A stretch of DNA of 58,880 nt from Tolypothrix carrinoi HA7290-LM1 (GCA_019358935.1 JAHHIK010000049.1:1-58880), one strand, 5' to 3'; shown: positions 21,071 to 31,570, numbered from the stretch's first letter. A program made the numbers and translations. The notes: generated by a model from the letters alone, not told the origin.

Positions 21071-21955
21071 ATGGGATATATAATTGCAACCGCAAATATG
21101 AAAGGTGGTGTCGGCAAAACTACCCTCACGGTCAATTTAGCTACTTGTTTAGCTAAAAATCATGGCAAACGGGTACTTGTCCTTGATTTAGATGCCCAAA
21201 TTAGCGCCACACTCAGTCTGATGCCACCACTGGAGTTTGCCAAACGTCGCAAACTATCGCGGACATTTAGATATCTGATAGACCAAATTATCAATCCACA
21301 GCCAAACCCAAAACAGGGAATTCACGATATTATTCACTCCGACGTTTGCAATCTTTCAAATCTCGATATCTTACCCGGAGATATTGATTTGTATGATGAA
21401 TTTGTCATTTCTGAAATGCTGCATCAACAAGCAGTTACTTTGGGTGAACAAGACTTTGAAACTATTTGGAATCGCTTTGAAAGAGTCTTATTAAGTAAAA
21501 TTTTAGAACCAGTGCGGCAAGAATATGATTTTATTCTTTTGGATTGTGCCCCTGGTTATAATCTTTTGACTCGTAGCGCTTTAGCTTGCAGTGATTTCTA
21601 TATACTTCCTGCAAAACCAGAACCTTTATCTGTAGTAGGTATTCAACTACTAGAAAGACGCATTGCCCAATTAAAAGACAGTCACGAACATGAAGCCAAA
21701 ATTAATATAAAAATGCTGGGAATTGTATTCAGTATGTTAAGCAGCAACATTCTCAACGGAAGATATTACAAACAAGTAATGCATCGTGTAGTTGAAGATT
21801 TTGGCGTGGAAAAAATTTGTAAAGCGCAGATTCCCGTTGATATAAATGTTGCGAAGGCTGTTGATAGTTTTATGCCGGCTGTTTTAAGTAATCCCAACTC
21901 AGCGGGATCAAAAGCATTTATGCAATTAACTCAGGAGTTGTTGCAAAAGCTGTAA
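21071..21955 (+). CDS. ParA/Soj-family ATPase
   Basis: NMKGGVGKTT, LDLDAQ, LLDCAP. Confidence 0.92.
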   Translation: MGYIIATANMKGGVGKTTLTVNLATCLAKNHGKRVLVLDLDAQISATLSLMPPLEFAKRRKLSRTFRYLIDQIINPQPNPKQGIHDIIHSDVCNLSNLDILPGDIDLYDEFVISEMLHQQAVTLGEQDFETIWNRFERVLLSKILEPVRQEYDFILLDCAPGYNLLTRSALACSDFYILPAKPEPLSVVGIQLLERRIAQLKDSHEHEAKINIKMLGIVFSMLSSNILNGRYYKQVMHRVVEDFGVEKICKAQIPVDINVAKAVDSFMPAVLSNPNSAGSKAFMQLTQELLQKL

Positions 21956-22008
21956 ATTTTGGGTGAGTGGGGAAACCGGATATCGGCGGGGAAACCCCGC
22001 CCCTACCG

Positions 22009-24921
22009 TTAAAATTTGCCTGCTAGGGCTGCGACACACCGATCGCAAATTAAAGGATGTTTTGTTGATTCTCCTACATGAGTGGAGTAGTTCCAGCAGC
22101 GATCGCATTTTTCGCCCTCTGCATCTACTACCCCAATTCCCCATGCATCAGACTGCAAGTTGTATTTCAGCTTTTGCAATGCTTCCGGAGTATCCAACAC
22201 TTCCACCTGCGAGGTGATAAATAAATAGCGCAGTTCATCTACACCGTTACCAACATCTGGATTCAGTGCTTTTACTGAAGCACGCAATTGCTCATAAGCC
22301 ACATATAGCATAATTTTCGCCTCTAAAGGAGCGCCAATCATTTTTTCTCCCCTAGCAGTATCCAACACCTTATTAACATCAGTGCGGATTTGCCGAATCT
22401 GTTGCCATACCTGAGCCAATTCTGGATTATGCCATTTTTGCTCTACTTGCACCCAACCGGCTTCAAACACCGATTTGTAAGGCGTTTTATAAGGTATATA
22501 TTGCCAGATGTCTTCTGCCATGTGGGATAATACCGGTGCGATCGCTCGTGCTAAATTTTCCAAAGCTACCTGCAACACCGTTTGACAACTGCGACGGCGG
22601 AAAGCATCACTTGCACTGATGTACAATCTATCTTTGGCAGCATCTAAATAAAAGTTGGATAAATCCACCACGCAGAAATTCTGCACGGTTTGGAAAAAGC
22701 GGAAGAATTGGAAACTGTCAAACGCTTCCGTCACTTCCGCAAACACCTCCGTCATGCGATGCAGCATGTAACGGTCAAGTTCTGGCAATTCTTCAAAGGG
22801 TACTGCATCTTTCTCCGGGTCAAAGTCGTGCAAATTACCTAACAAAAACCGCGCCGTATTGCGAATTTTTTGCCGCACATCACCAAGTTGCTTGAGGATA
22901 TTTTTCCCAATCCGCTGGTCAGAGGTATAGTCTACTGACGACACCCACAAGCGCAAAACGTCAGCACCATACGGTGGTTCTTCTTTTTGATTTTTCCCAC
23001 CTTCAATGATGACTGCTGGATCAACCACATTGCCTAAAGATTTACTTTGCTTGCGTCCTTGTTCATCCAACGTAAAACCGTGAGTCAACACAGTTTTGTA
23101 AGGTGCAATGCCATTAACCGCTACACTAGTAAGCAAACTCGACTGAAACCAACCCCGATGTTGATCTGAACCTTCCAGATACATATCAGCAGGATAGCGC
23201 AATTCCGGACGCTGCTTGACAACAGCCGCCCAAGATGAGCCAGAATCAAACCATACATCCATCGTGTCAGTACCTTTACGGTAAGATTTACCGTTGTTGC
23301 GATACTGTTCTGGCAATAATTCCTCTACAGAAAGTTCCCACCAAGCATCAGAACCTTTTTCCGCGACGATCGCTTGAACATAAGCGATCGTTTCCGCATT
23401 TAGCAGCGGTTCGTTAGTTGCTTCATCGTAAAAAACCGGAATTGGTACACCCCAATTGCGCTGACGGGAAATACACCAATCAGAACGTTCCGCAACCATT
23501 GGGGTAATGCGATTTTCTCCTTGTGCGGGAATCCATTTTACCGAAGCGATCGCCCTCAACGCTTCTTCCCGAAATCCCTCCACCGAAGCAAACCATTGTT
23601 CAGTAGCGCGGAAAATCGTCGGCTTTTTCGTCCTCCAGTCATAAGGATATTTATGCTGGTACGGTTCCTCTTTCAACAAAGAACCCGCTTCCGTCAAAGC
23701 ATCAATCACCGCTTGATTTCCATCACCCAGCACATTCAACCCTGCAAACTGTCCCGCCTCAGAGGTAAAATTGCCATTATCATCAACCGGCGCGAGAATA
23801 GGCAAACCATAACGCTGCCCCACAATGTAGTCTTCTTGACCGTGACCGGGGGCAGTATGTACCAACCCAGTACCCGACTCAGTAGTTACATAATCACCGC
23901 CAATTACAATCGGACTTTGGCGATCGTATAGCGGGTGACGGTAAGTAGAATGTTCTAAATCTTTCCCTTTAATTGTGGCTTTTACGGTTAAGTCACTGTC
24001 CAAAGTTGCTGATAAGCGTTCTACTAAATCTTCAGCTACGATGAGGTATCTTTGTGCCTCACGCAAAGTCGCAAAGTCGCCAAGATTACTTTGCGTCTCT
24101 GCGGCTTTGCGTGAGACTTCCACCACAGCGTAGTTAAGTTCTGGATTTACCGCCACTCCCAAGTTTGCGGGAATTGTCCAAGGTGTCGTCGTCCAGATAG
24201 CTACACCCAACTCTGGGAAAAACTGCGAGAGTGCAGGTTTCGCCTTTTCCGATAAACTCACCATCGGGAAAGCAGCGTAGATACTTCGCGAAGTGTGTCC
24301 TTCTGGATATTCCAACTCAGCTTCAGCCAAAGCGGTATGAGAACTGGGACTCCAATGCACCGGCTTCAAACCGCGATAGATGTAGCCTTTTAACACCATC
24401 TCCCCGAAGACACCGATTTGTGCCGCTTCATATTCCGGCTTCAAAGTTAGGTAAGGATGATCCCAATCGCCCCAAACACCGTAACGTTTAAAACTATTAC
24501 GCTGGTCGTCTACCGCAGCGAGGGCAAATTCTTTCGCTTTTTGTCGCAGTTGTAAAGGTGTCAAATTTTGCCGTTCTGCCGATTTCATCTTCTGCAAAAC
24601 TTTCAATTCAATCGGCAATCCGTGACAGTCCCAACCGGGGACGTAGCGAACTTTACGCCCGCGCAATAGCTGGTAGCGATTAATAATGTCTTTGAGAATT
24701 TTATTTAAAGCATGACCAATATGCAGCGAACCATTAGCGTAGGGTGGTCCATCATGCAGTATAAATAAGTCGCCTGGGTTTTCTTGAGACAGGCGATCAT
24801 AAATTTTGTTTTCTGACCAAAATTTTTGGATTTCCGGTTCACGCTTGACAGCGTTTGCCCGCATATCAAAGTTAGTTTTGGGCAGGTTTACAGTATCTTT
24901 GTAGCTTCCAGTTTCTGTCAC
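22009..24921 (-). CDS. ileS: Isoleucyl-tRNA synthetase
   Basis: HDGPPYANG..HIGH, WTTTPWT, GTGLVH, KQSKS, C-terminal CDRCW...CDRC; start taken at GTG 24921. Confidence 0.98.
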   Translation of the reverse strand: MTETGSYKDTVNLPKTNFDMRANAVKREPEIQKFWSENKIYDRLSQENPGDLFILHDGPPYANGSLHIGHALNKILKDIINRYQLLRGRKVRYVPGWDCHGLPIELKVLQKMKSAERQNLTPLQLRQKAKEFALAAVDDQRNSFKRYGVWGDWDHPYLTLKPEYEAAQIGVFGEMVLKGYIYRGLKPVHWSPSSHTALAEAELEYPEGHTSRSIYAAFPMVSLSEKAKPALSQFFPELGVAIWTTTPWTIPANLGVAVNPELNYAVVEVSRKAAETQSNLGDFATLREAQRYLIVAEDLVERLSATLDSDLTVKATIKGKDLEHSTYRHPLYDRQSPIVIGGDYVTTESGTGLVHTAPGHGQEDYIVGQRYGLPILAPVDDNGNFTSEAGQFAGLNVLGDGNQAVIDALTEAGSLLKEEPYQHKYPYDWRTKKPTIFRATEQWFASVEGFREEALRAIASVKWIPAQGENRITPMVAERSDWCISRQRNWGVPIPVFYDEATNEPLLNAETIAYVQAIVAEKGSDAWWELSVEELLPEQYRNNGKSYRKGTDTMDVWFDSGSSWAAVVKQRPELRYPADMYLEGSDQHRGWFQSSLLTSVAVNGIAPYKTVLTHGFTLDEQGRKQSKSLGNVVDPAVIIEGGKNQKEEPPYGADVLRLWVSSVDYTSDQRIGKNILKQLGDVRQKIRNTARFLLGNLHDFDPEKDAVPFEELPELDRYMLHRMTEVFAEVTEAFDSFQFFRFFQTVQNFCVVDLSNFYLDAAKDRLYISASDAFRRRSCQTVLQVALENLARAIAPVLSHMAEDIWQYIPYKTPYKSVFEAGWVQVEQKWHNPELAQVWQQIRQIRTDVNKVLDTARGEKMIGAPLEAKIMLYVAYEQLRASVKALNPDVGNGVDELRYLFITSQVEVLDTPEALQKLKYNLQSDAWGIGVVDAEGEKCDRCWNYSTHVGESTKHPLICDRCVAALAGKF

Positions 24922-25294
24922 GGTGCTGATGTTCAAAGAATAATAAAGTTTGATTCTCACTATTATCCGTGAGAATTTCTCATGTCTTCAAGTTGGATGC
25001 TTTGCCAGCAAGCATCTCTATCGCAGGAAAGATTCCTAATCTTGAGTTTATGGTAATACATCCCACTTCTTTTTATTGTAGTATATTGTCACTCATTTTG
25101 TAGTAAGCGCTTTAGCGCTAAAGCGCTCACCCTTCGGGTTCGCCAGTCGCTCATGGGGAGCCAGTGCGTTGGGGAGGCACACCGTTGGGCGGCTCAGCCG
25201 ACTTGAAGGTAGTGCCGTCGGCTCTGCCGACAGTCACGCACCTGGCGTGGAAACCCCCAAGACCGCGCTGGCTCACTACGAATTATTTAATTCC

Positions 25295-26296
25295 TTAGTT
25301 TGGCTTATCCGTCGGTTCTTCTGCTGGGGGAGCAAGTACGGCATCGGGAGCCATTTCTTCCATCGGAATTTTTGCTAATTCAGCAACAGCAGCTTCTTCA
25401 GCAACAGCAGCTTCTTTGGCAGCTTCTACTAATTCGGGTGCTGGGGGGTGAGGGGGAATTGCTTCTGGTATTTCGCTTTTTGCTTCGGTGTCTGTAGTGA
25501 CTACAGCTTGTTCTGTAGCGATGTCAGAAGTTGTGGGAGTGGTTACAGCTTGTTGTGTAGCGATGTCAGAAGTTGTGGGAGTGGTTACAGCTTGTTGTGT
25601 AGCGATGTCAGAAGTTGTGGGAGTGGTTACTGCTTGTTGTGTAGCGATGTCAGAAGTTGTGGGAGTGGTTACTGCTTGTTGTGTAGCGATGTCAGAAGTT
25701 GTGGGAGTGGTTACAGCTTGTTCTGTAGCGATGTCAGAAGTTGTGGGAGTGGTTACAGCTTGTTGTGTAGCGATGTCAGAAGTTGTGGGAGTGGTTACAG
25801 CTTGTTCTGGTATGGGGGTTCGTTTGTCAACCACCTCAACACCAGTTTTACTTGTAGGTGTAGAAGTTTTTTGCGGAGTCTTTTTATTTAAAGTTTGTTG
25901 TGCTTTATCTTTCACTCCAGAGAAAATGTTGCCAAAGCCTTTTTGCATTTGGGCAAGCCGCTGTGGAAGTGAGATATTAGAAGCTTGATTTTCAATGGTA
26001 TTTGTCAACGCTTCAGTACTGGGGATCGGGGTTTGTTGCGTTTTTGGTGTCACTTGCCGACGTAGTGACAGAGTTTGCGTTATCGACCAACCCAAAAGCG
26101 CCACACTAGCCACATGACCAAGTAAAAGACCCCCAGTAATGCGTCGGGCAAACACCCATAATACTAATGCGTAGAAAAATCCTACACCACTCCAAATAAA
26201 GTCATTCTTGCGATGGATTTCCGGAAAAAAGAAAGCCGCTAAATAAATGGCTAAACTACCAAGACCGACCGCCAAAGCTAGGACATATGCCAGCAT
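25295..26296 (-). CDS. ycf66: Ycf66-family protein with repetitive C-terminal linker
   Basis: FFPEIHRKNDFIWSGVG..YALVLW N-terminal TM domain. Confidence 0.8.
   Translation of the reverse strand: MLAYVLALAVGLGSLAIYLAAFFFPEIHRKNDFIWSGVGFFYALVLWVFARRITGGLLLGHVASVALLGWSITQTLSLRRQVTPKTQQTPIPSTEALTNTIENQASNISLPQRLAQMQKGFGNIFSGVKDKAQQTLNKKTPQKTSTPTSKTGVEVVDKRTPIPEQAVTTPTTSDIATQQAVTTPTTSDIATEQAVTTPTTSDIATQQAVTTPTTSDIATQQAVTTPTTSDIATQQAVTTPTTSDIATQQAVTTPTTSDIATEQAVVTTDTEAKSEIPEAIPPHPPAPELVEAAKEAAVAEEAAVAELAKIPMEEMAPDAVLAPPAEEPTDKPN
25503..25808 (-). repeat. 7 x 42-bp coding tandem repeat (AVTTPTTSDIATQQ)
   Basis: Near-identical 42-bp units. Confidence 0.95.
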
Positions 26297-26321
26297 TTTG
26301 TGGTTACTCCTTACAAAAAAT

Positions 26322-26512
26322 TAGGGTGTCGGGGGTAGGGTGTAGGGTGTAGGGAAAGAAAAAGATCCGTGACTGGGTGGGTAACAGCCGCTCCAAAAAA
26401 AAGATGTCCGATCTCGACACGCAGTGCGATGAAATACGAGCGTCCTTATTTCAATCCTACGTTTTTAAGCGTGGGTCTCTACACCCCACACCCTGCACCC
26501 TACACCCTTTTG
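26322..26512. mobile_element. MITE-like element with GGGTGTA/TACACCC terminal repeats
   Basis: Inverted heptamer-repeat ends; similar element at 54523-54830. Confidence 0.6.
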
Positions 26513-26917
26513 AATGTGTCATTTGACTTGTGAATTCAGAAGTCAGGAGCCAGAAGCCAGAATACTTTCTATGAGACTAGCGTATGACTCTAATGAAAGC
26601 GAATTTACTTTGAACAAGGGAAAAGAAATTCAAAACCTCTTTAATACTGTATCTGTTTATGGTTCAGATTCTCCTGACTTCTGTATAGGCGGGGAAACCC
26701 CACCTTTACTGTACGGGCGGGGGAACCCCACTCCTACTTATTTTGCAAATTTTGCGAGAGAATTGTTGATTAAGATACAAATTAAAATTAATTATCTATT
26801 GTTAGTGTGAATTTTTGCAGTCCTAAGGAACTCTTAATCTCTTCTTTAGGAGAGAAGGGAAAATCTCGGACTACCCTTAAAGATAAAAGGATCTGCAAAA
26901 GTTAGCCAAAAGAATTT

Positions 26918-28345
26918 ATGACACTACAAAGCTTTGGTGTGATTGGATTAGCCGTTATGGGTGAAAATATCGCTCTAAATGTCGAGCGTAATGGCTTTCC
27001 AATTGCAGTTTACAACCGCTCACGCGAGAAAACCGACGCCTTCATGGCACAGCGTGCCCCAGGAAGAAACGTAAAAGCAGCCTTTACCCTGGAAGAGTTT
27101 GTTGCCTCTTTAGAACGTCCCCGCAGAATTTTAGTGATGGTGCAAGCTGGTAAGCCAGTGGATGCAGTAATTGCCCAGCTAAAACCTCTGCTGGCTGAAG
27201 GCGATATTATTATTGACGGTGGCAACTCTTGGTTTGAAGATACTGAAAGACGCACTAAAGAATTAGAACCAGCCGGATTTCGGTTTATTGGGATGGGTGT
27301 CAGTGGTGGTGAAGAAGGAGCGCTAAACGGTCCTTCACTCATGCCAGGAGGTACAGAAAGTTCCTATCAGTATCTTTCGCCAATTTTTACGAAAATCGCG
27401 GCACAAGTCGATGATGGTCCTTGCGTAACTTACATTGGTCCTGGTGGTGCCGGTCACTATGTAAAAATGGTACACAACGGCATTGAGTACGGCGATATGC
27501 AACTTATCGCTGAAGCTTACGATTTGCTGAAAAATGCCGCCGGTCTTGACCATAATCAGCTACACGAAGTTTTTGCTGAGTGGAACACCACTGACGAACT
27601 GAATTCGTTTTTGATTGAAATTACGGCAAATATTTTCCCCTACATTGACCCTGATACAAATTTACCTTTGGTGGATTTGATTGTGGATGCAGCAGGGCAA
27701 AAGGGTACAGGACGCTGGACTGTGCAAACTGCGTTAGAATTGGGGGTTGCGATTCCGACAATCACTGCGGCAGTAAATGCGCGGATCATGTCTTCGATTA
27801 AAGATGAGCGGGTTGCAGCATCGAAGATTCTGACTGGTCCTACTGGCAAGTATGACGGACAGACTCAGGGCTTTATCAATATGGTGCGCGATGCTCTATA
27901 TTGCTCGAAAATCTGCTCATACGCTCAAGGAATGGCACTTTTAAGTACAGCTTCCAAAGCGTATAATTTTAACTTGAATTTAGGCGAAATGGCGCGGATT
28001 TGGAAAGGTGGCTGTATTATTCGCGCTGGATTCTTGAATAAAATTAAGAAAGCTTTTGACGAAAATCGAGAATTGCCTAACCTGTTGTTGGCTCCGGAAT
28101 TCAAGCAGACGATTCTCGACAGACAAGGAGCTTGGCGCGAAGTGTTGGCAACAGCAGCAAAACTGGGTATTCCCGTGCCGGCATTTAGTGCGTCACTAGA
28201 TTATTTTGACAGCTATCGACGCGATCGCCTACCCCAAAACCTCACTCAAGCACAACGCGATTACTTTGGGGCGCATACTTACTTGCGGACTGATAAGCCT
28301 GGTACTTTCCACACTGAATGGGTTCCTATTGCTGAAACTAAGTAA
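26918..28345 (+). CDS. gnd: 6-phosphogluconate dehydrogenase (decarboxylating)
   Basis: GLAVMG, SGGEEGA, VKMVHNGIEY, QAQRDYFGAHTY. Confidence 0.98.
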   Translation: MTLQSFGVIGLAVMGENIALNVERNGFPIAVYNRSREKTDAFMAQRAPGRNVKAAFTLEEFVASLERPRRILVMVQAGKPVDAVIAQLKPLLAEGDIIIDGGNSWFEDTERRTKELEPAGFRFIGMGVSGGEEGALNGPSLMPGGTESSYQYLSPIFTKIAAQVDDGPCVTYIGPGGAGHYVKMVHNGIEYGDMQLIAEAYDLLKNAAGLDHNQLHEVFAEWNTTDELNSFLIEITANIFPYIDPDTNLPLVDLIVDAAGQKGTGRWTVQTALELGVAIPTITAAVNARIMSSIKDERVAASKILTGPTGKYDGQTQGFINMVRDALYCSKICSYAQGMALLSTASKAYNFNLNLGEMARIWKGGCIIRAGFLNKIKKAFDENRELPNLLLAPEFKQTILDRQGAWREVLATAAKLGIPVPAFSASLDYFDSYRRDRLPQNLTQAQRDYFGAHTYLRTDKPGTFHTEWVPIAETK

Positions 28346-28509
28346 GCTTTCACGTCTCTACATTTTGTGAAAGTTTAAAACGTTCAGGTTCTTTTATTTG
28401 AGGTGACTCTGAGTTTCAGGGTCACTTTCTTTTTGGGAATTGGGCATTGGTAATTGGGAACGCGGTAATTGGGAATTGTGTTCTACACCCGTAGCCTTTT
28501 TTGGGAATT

Positions 28510-29682
28510 TTAGGGATTGTTATTTCCCAGAAATTTGGCTTTTAATTCTTCTAATTCTTGATCTATTTGGCTTTTGCTAGAAGGCTGAGATGTTGGCTGT
28601 GGTGATGGTTGTTTTATGTTTTTTTCAGGTTTGCTACCGCCAAGAAATTGTGTTTTCATTTCTTCTAATTCCAGATCGATTTGGCTGTTAGTTTTTATGA
28701 CAACCGCAGGTGTAGAAGCTGGTGGTGGTTGAATTAGAGGTTTTGCTGATTTCGGCGGTGTGGGGGCTATATGCGGCTGTTGATTCAAATCTCTAAGAAC
28801 TTCTTCTACTGTTTGGTAGCGACGTACAGGAATGCTTTCTAGCATTTTATCTAGGACTTTACCCAACTGCTGGTTTACAGGAGTTTTTAGGTATTGCCGC
28901 CAAATCCAAGTATCGTTGTTGATATCATATGAGTCAAAAGGCGATCGCGCTGTTAATAAGCAAACACAAGTTGCACCCAAACTATAAATATCGCTGGCGA
29001 AAATCGCTTTTCCTCTAATTTGTTCTGGTGCTACATATTCGGGGCTTCCTATACTTGTACCAGTTTGATTTAAGGTGGTATTGCTAGCAATTTTAGCTGC
29101 ACCAAAATCTACTAAAACTAGATCCCCCCCTGTCCCCCCCTTAGAAAGGGGGGCAAGGGGGGATCGACGAATAATATTTTCTGGCTTAATGTCGCGATGA
29201 ATAACTTGTCTTTGATGACAAAATTGCAACACTGCTAATAAATCATTCAGTAATTGCCGTATTTGCGTTTCGTTGAAAGCGCCGTTTTGTGCTAGTTCTT
29301 GTGCGAGGTTTTGCCCGTCGATAAATTCTTGGACGAGAAACTGGCGATCGTCTTGGGTAAAATATGCTAGAAGTTCGGGAATTTGCGGATGTTTGCCCAA
29401 TTCATCTAAGCGCACCGCTTCTTGAACAAATAACTCAACGGCTTTTTGGACGGTGTTAGTGCCTTGCGCTTGGGGGTAAAATTGTTTAATTACACAACGC
29501 GGTTTTGAAGGTTTATCCTCATCCACTGCCAAAAAAGTAATGCCAAAACCACCTTGTCCTATCGGTTTGATAGCACGGTAGCGTTCTTTGAGGAGTAATT
29601 TGGAACCGCAAGCTTGGCAAAACTTGATATTATTATCAGGATTCTGGGGTTTTGGACAACGGGGATTGAGACAGTAGCTCAT
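28510..29682 (-). CDS. Ser/Thr protein kinase with N-terminal 4-Cys domain
   Basis: YCLNPRC..CQACG, GQGGFG, HRDIKPEN, DFG, APE. Confidence 0.95.
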   Translation of the reverse strand: MSYCLNPRCPKPQNPDNNIKFCQACGSKLLLKERYRAIKPIGQGGFGITFLAVDEDKPSKPRCVIKQFYPQAQGTNTVQKAVELFVQEAVRLDELGKHPQIPELLAYFTQDDRQFLVQEFIDGQNLAQELAQNGAFNETQIRQLLNDLLAVLQFCHQRQVIHRDIKPENIIRRSPLAPLSKGGTGGDLVLVDFGAAKIASNTTLNQTGTSIGSPEYVAPEQIRGKAIFASDIYSLGATCVCLLTARSPFDSYDINNDTWIWRQYLKTPVNQQLGKVLDKMLESIPVRRYQTVEEVLRDLNQQPHIAPTPPKSAKPLIQPPPASTPAVVIKTNSQIDLELEEMKTQFLGGSKPEKNIKQPSPQPTSQPSSKSQIDQELEELKAKFLGNNNP

Positions 29683-29744
29683 GTTGAGGATTTCGGGATA
29701 CCTGTCTTTATTGTGCCGCAGCGATCGCGCTGATGGGATCTATT

Positions 29745-30164
29745 CTATATTCGCCAATTATCCAGCTTCAGGCTGTAACCAAATGATTGAATTCTCTGGT
29801 AATGTGGTAAGTTACCTGTAACTAAAGTTAAGTTATTTTGGGAGGCGATCGCAGCGATCATAGAATCGGCAAGTCCTATAGGTTGTCCTGTCCGTTCTAA
29901 ATCTGCGTAAATGCGTCCAGCCAACTCCGCATCAGTAAGTTGCAATGTTAACACCTCAGCAGCGGCGATTTGGGCAAAAAACTGCTGAATTCTGTCTTCG
30001 CGTTGGCGCTTATGCCAGCCTTTGACAATTTCCAAGACTGTGATAGTGGAGATGGTATAGTGACCGAAAACGCCTAGATAAGCAGTAGCCCTAGATACTA
30101 CGCGCCGATCTATACGTTTAAGGCTTTCAGAAAGAATGTCTGTGTCAAGTAGTACTTTGTCCAA
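29745..30164 (-). CDS. PIN-domain (VapC-like) toxin
   Basis: LLDTDIL..E..DSMIAAIA..LVTGN. Confidence 0.88.
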   Translation of the reverse strand: MDKVLLDTDILSESLKRIDRRVVSRATAYLGVFGHYTISTITVLEIVKGWHKRQREDRIQQFFAQIAAAEVLTLQLTDAELAGRIYADLERTGQPIGLADSMIAAIASQNNLTLVTGNLPHYQRIQSFGYSLKLDNWRI

Positions 30165-30399
30165 AGCGTTGATTTAGTGGGTGTGCTGCTCGATCTCTCA
30201 TGATTTCTTCAAGTATCTCATCTATTAGCTCAGGTTCGTCGGCATAAAGTCCCAGTAAGGGGTAATTGTCAGCTTCTGTCACCGCTAGTTTATCAATGGC
30301 GTATGTTATTAGTTGCGACAAGTCACAATGGCGCGATTTTGCCAACCAACGTGCTTTTTCAAGGGTTTTTTCGTCGAGTTGCAATTCTATTTTTTCCAC
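30145..30399 (-). CDS. Putative antitoxin of the PIN toxin
   Basis: 84 aa, RHH-like N-terminus, acidic tail, overlaps the toxin start. Confidence 0.7.
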   Translation of the reverse strand: MEKIELQLDEKTLEKARWLAKSRHCDLSQLITYAIDKLAVTEADNYPLLGLYADEPELIDEILEEIMRDRAAHPLNQRFGQSTT

Positions 30400-30499
30400 G
30401 GGGTAAGATTTGAGAGCATCTGTGATGCAGCGATTTTAGCATTTGGATTTACTGTATCCTGCTCATTCATTGAGTTGGCTTTAATTTATTTTTGGTATC

Positions 30500-30829
30500 C
30501 TAGAATTGAGGTTTAATATACATATCCCATACTCTTTTCAACTGCTCTGCATCTGTTTGAGAAATTCGCCCGATTTTTGCCAGTAACAAAGACTGTTCTA
30601 AGCAGTCCAATCGAGATAAACGCACAGTTGAAGCCACTCGCAGACCACTGGCTAACCAATCAGTAAGTAACACGTCAGTTTGTGTGCGAGGTTTTGCAGA
30701 TGTGACTATTGCAGCAACAACGTCGTCTCCATCCAACCAGAGTACAAGTATTGGGCGCTTTTTAGAACCAGTACCGCTTGTATAAGGAATATCTGCTACC
30801 CAAAATTCACCCGGTTGGATAGTCGTCAT
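30500..30829 (-). CDS. PemK/MazF-family toxin
   Basis: GEFWVADIPY..KKRPILVL..VTS. Confidence 0.85.
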   Translation of the reverse strand: MTTIQPGEFWVADIPYTSGTGSKKRPILVLWLDGDDVVAAIVTSAKPRTQTDVLLTDWLASGLRVASTVRLSRLDCLEQSLLLAKIGRISQTDAEQLKRVWDMYIKPQF

Positions 30830-31028
30830 AGAGTCCTTCGTCTTCTGGTGCGTAGCCTTTTAAAAATGCATCATGAGTGCGAGTAATAACAGGGGAATTC
30901 GACTTTGGTTGAATGGTAATTATCCAACTTCCTGCACCCAAGCTTTCCACCAAAGATTCAGGTAGAGTCAACTTTTCTCCAGGTTTAAGTTCAATTTCGT
31001 AAGTGAGATTAACTACTTGACTTTTCAT
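30807..31028 (-). CDS. Putative antitoxin of the MazF-like toxin
   Basis: Small ORF overlapping the toxin start, acidic tail EDEGLYDDY. Confidence 0.7.
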   Translation of the reverse strand: MKSQVVNLTYEIELKPGEKLTLPESLVESLGAGSWIITIQPKSNSPVITRTHDAFLKGYAPEDEGLYDDYPTG

Positions 31029-31033
31029 ATTTT

Positions 31034-31456
31034 TCAAGATACTTGGCTATACTGCAAGTCAGTTTCAGATGCTTTTATTTTGTAGATTTGCTCGAAGCGG
31101 AATGCTTTAATAACTGAACCCTCTGCAACAAAAGCTATGCTCGGACGTAGATACTCAAATGCAAAAATTACCTGATCTCGATAACCGTGGTCGTTTTCAC
31201 ATACCCATATTGTCATAAGTTTTTTACCAATAAAAGACTCACACCAATATAAAGTATTTACTACAGAAGGAGTATTAGTGCTTTCCTGTATTATCTCTAT
31301 TTCATCAGTATCAGCTATTGCTAATAGTGTAATTGTTGTATTTTGTAAAAATAGTTTAACTTGGTCGAAGCAGAGTTGATTGCTAGCAAATTCTTTGTCT
31401 TCGATAATTGAGACTGCTGTTAAAGTCTCTCCGATTGGGAATTCATCTGTTGCCAT
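31034..31456 (-). CDS. Hypothetical protein
   Basis: 140-aa ORF from MATDEF, co-directional with the TA genes. Confidence 0.65.
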   Translation of the reverse strand: MATDEFPIGETLTAVSIIEDKEFASNQLCFDQVKLFLQNTTITLLAIADTDEIEIIQESTNTPSVVNTLYWCESFIGKKLMTIWVCENDHGYRDQVIFAFEYLRPSIAFVAEGSVIKAFRFEQIYKIKASETDLQYSQVS

Positions 31457-31570
31457 ATTTTTCACGTTTATTTCTTGCTTATACAAGAGTGTATAAATAT
31501 TATTTTGTCTCACGCAGAGGCGCAAAGACGCAAAGAATAATGTATTTTATTTCTTTTGTGTTAATGCCTT

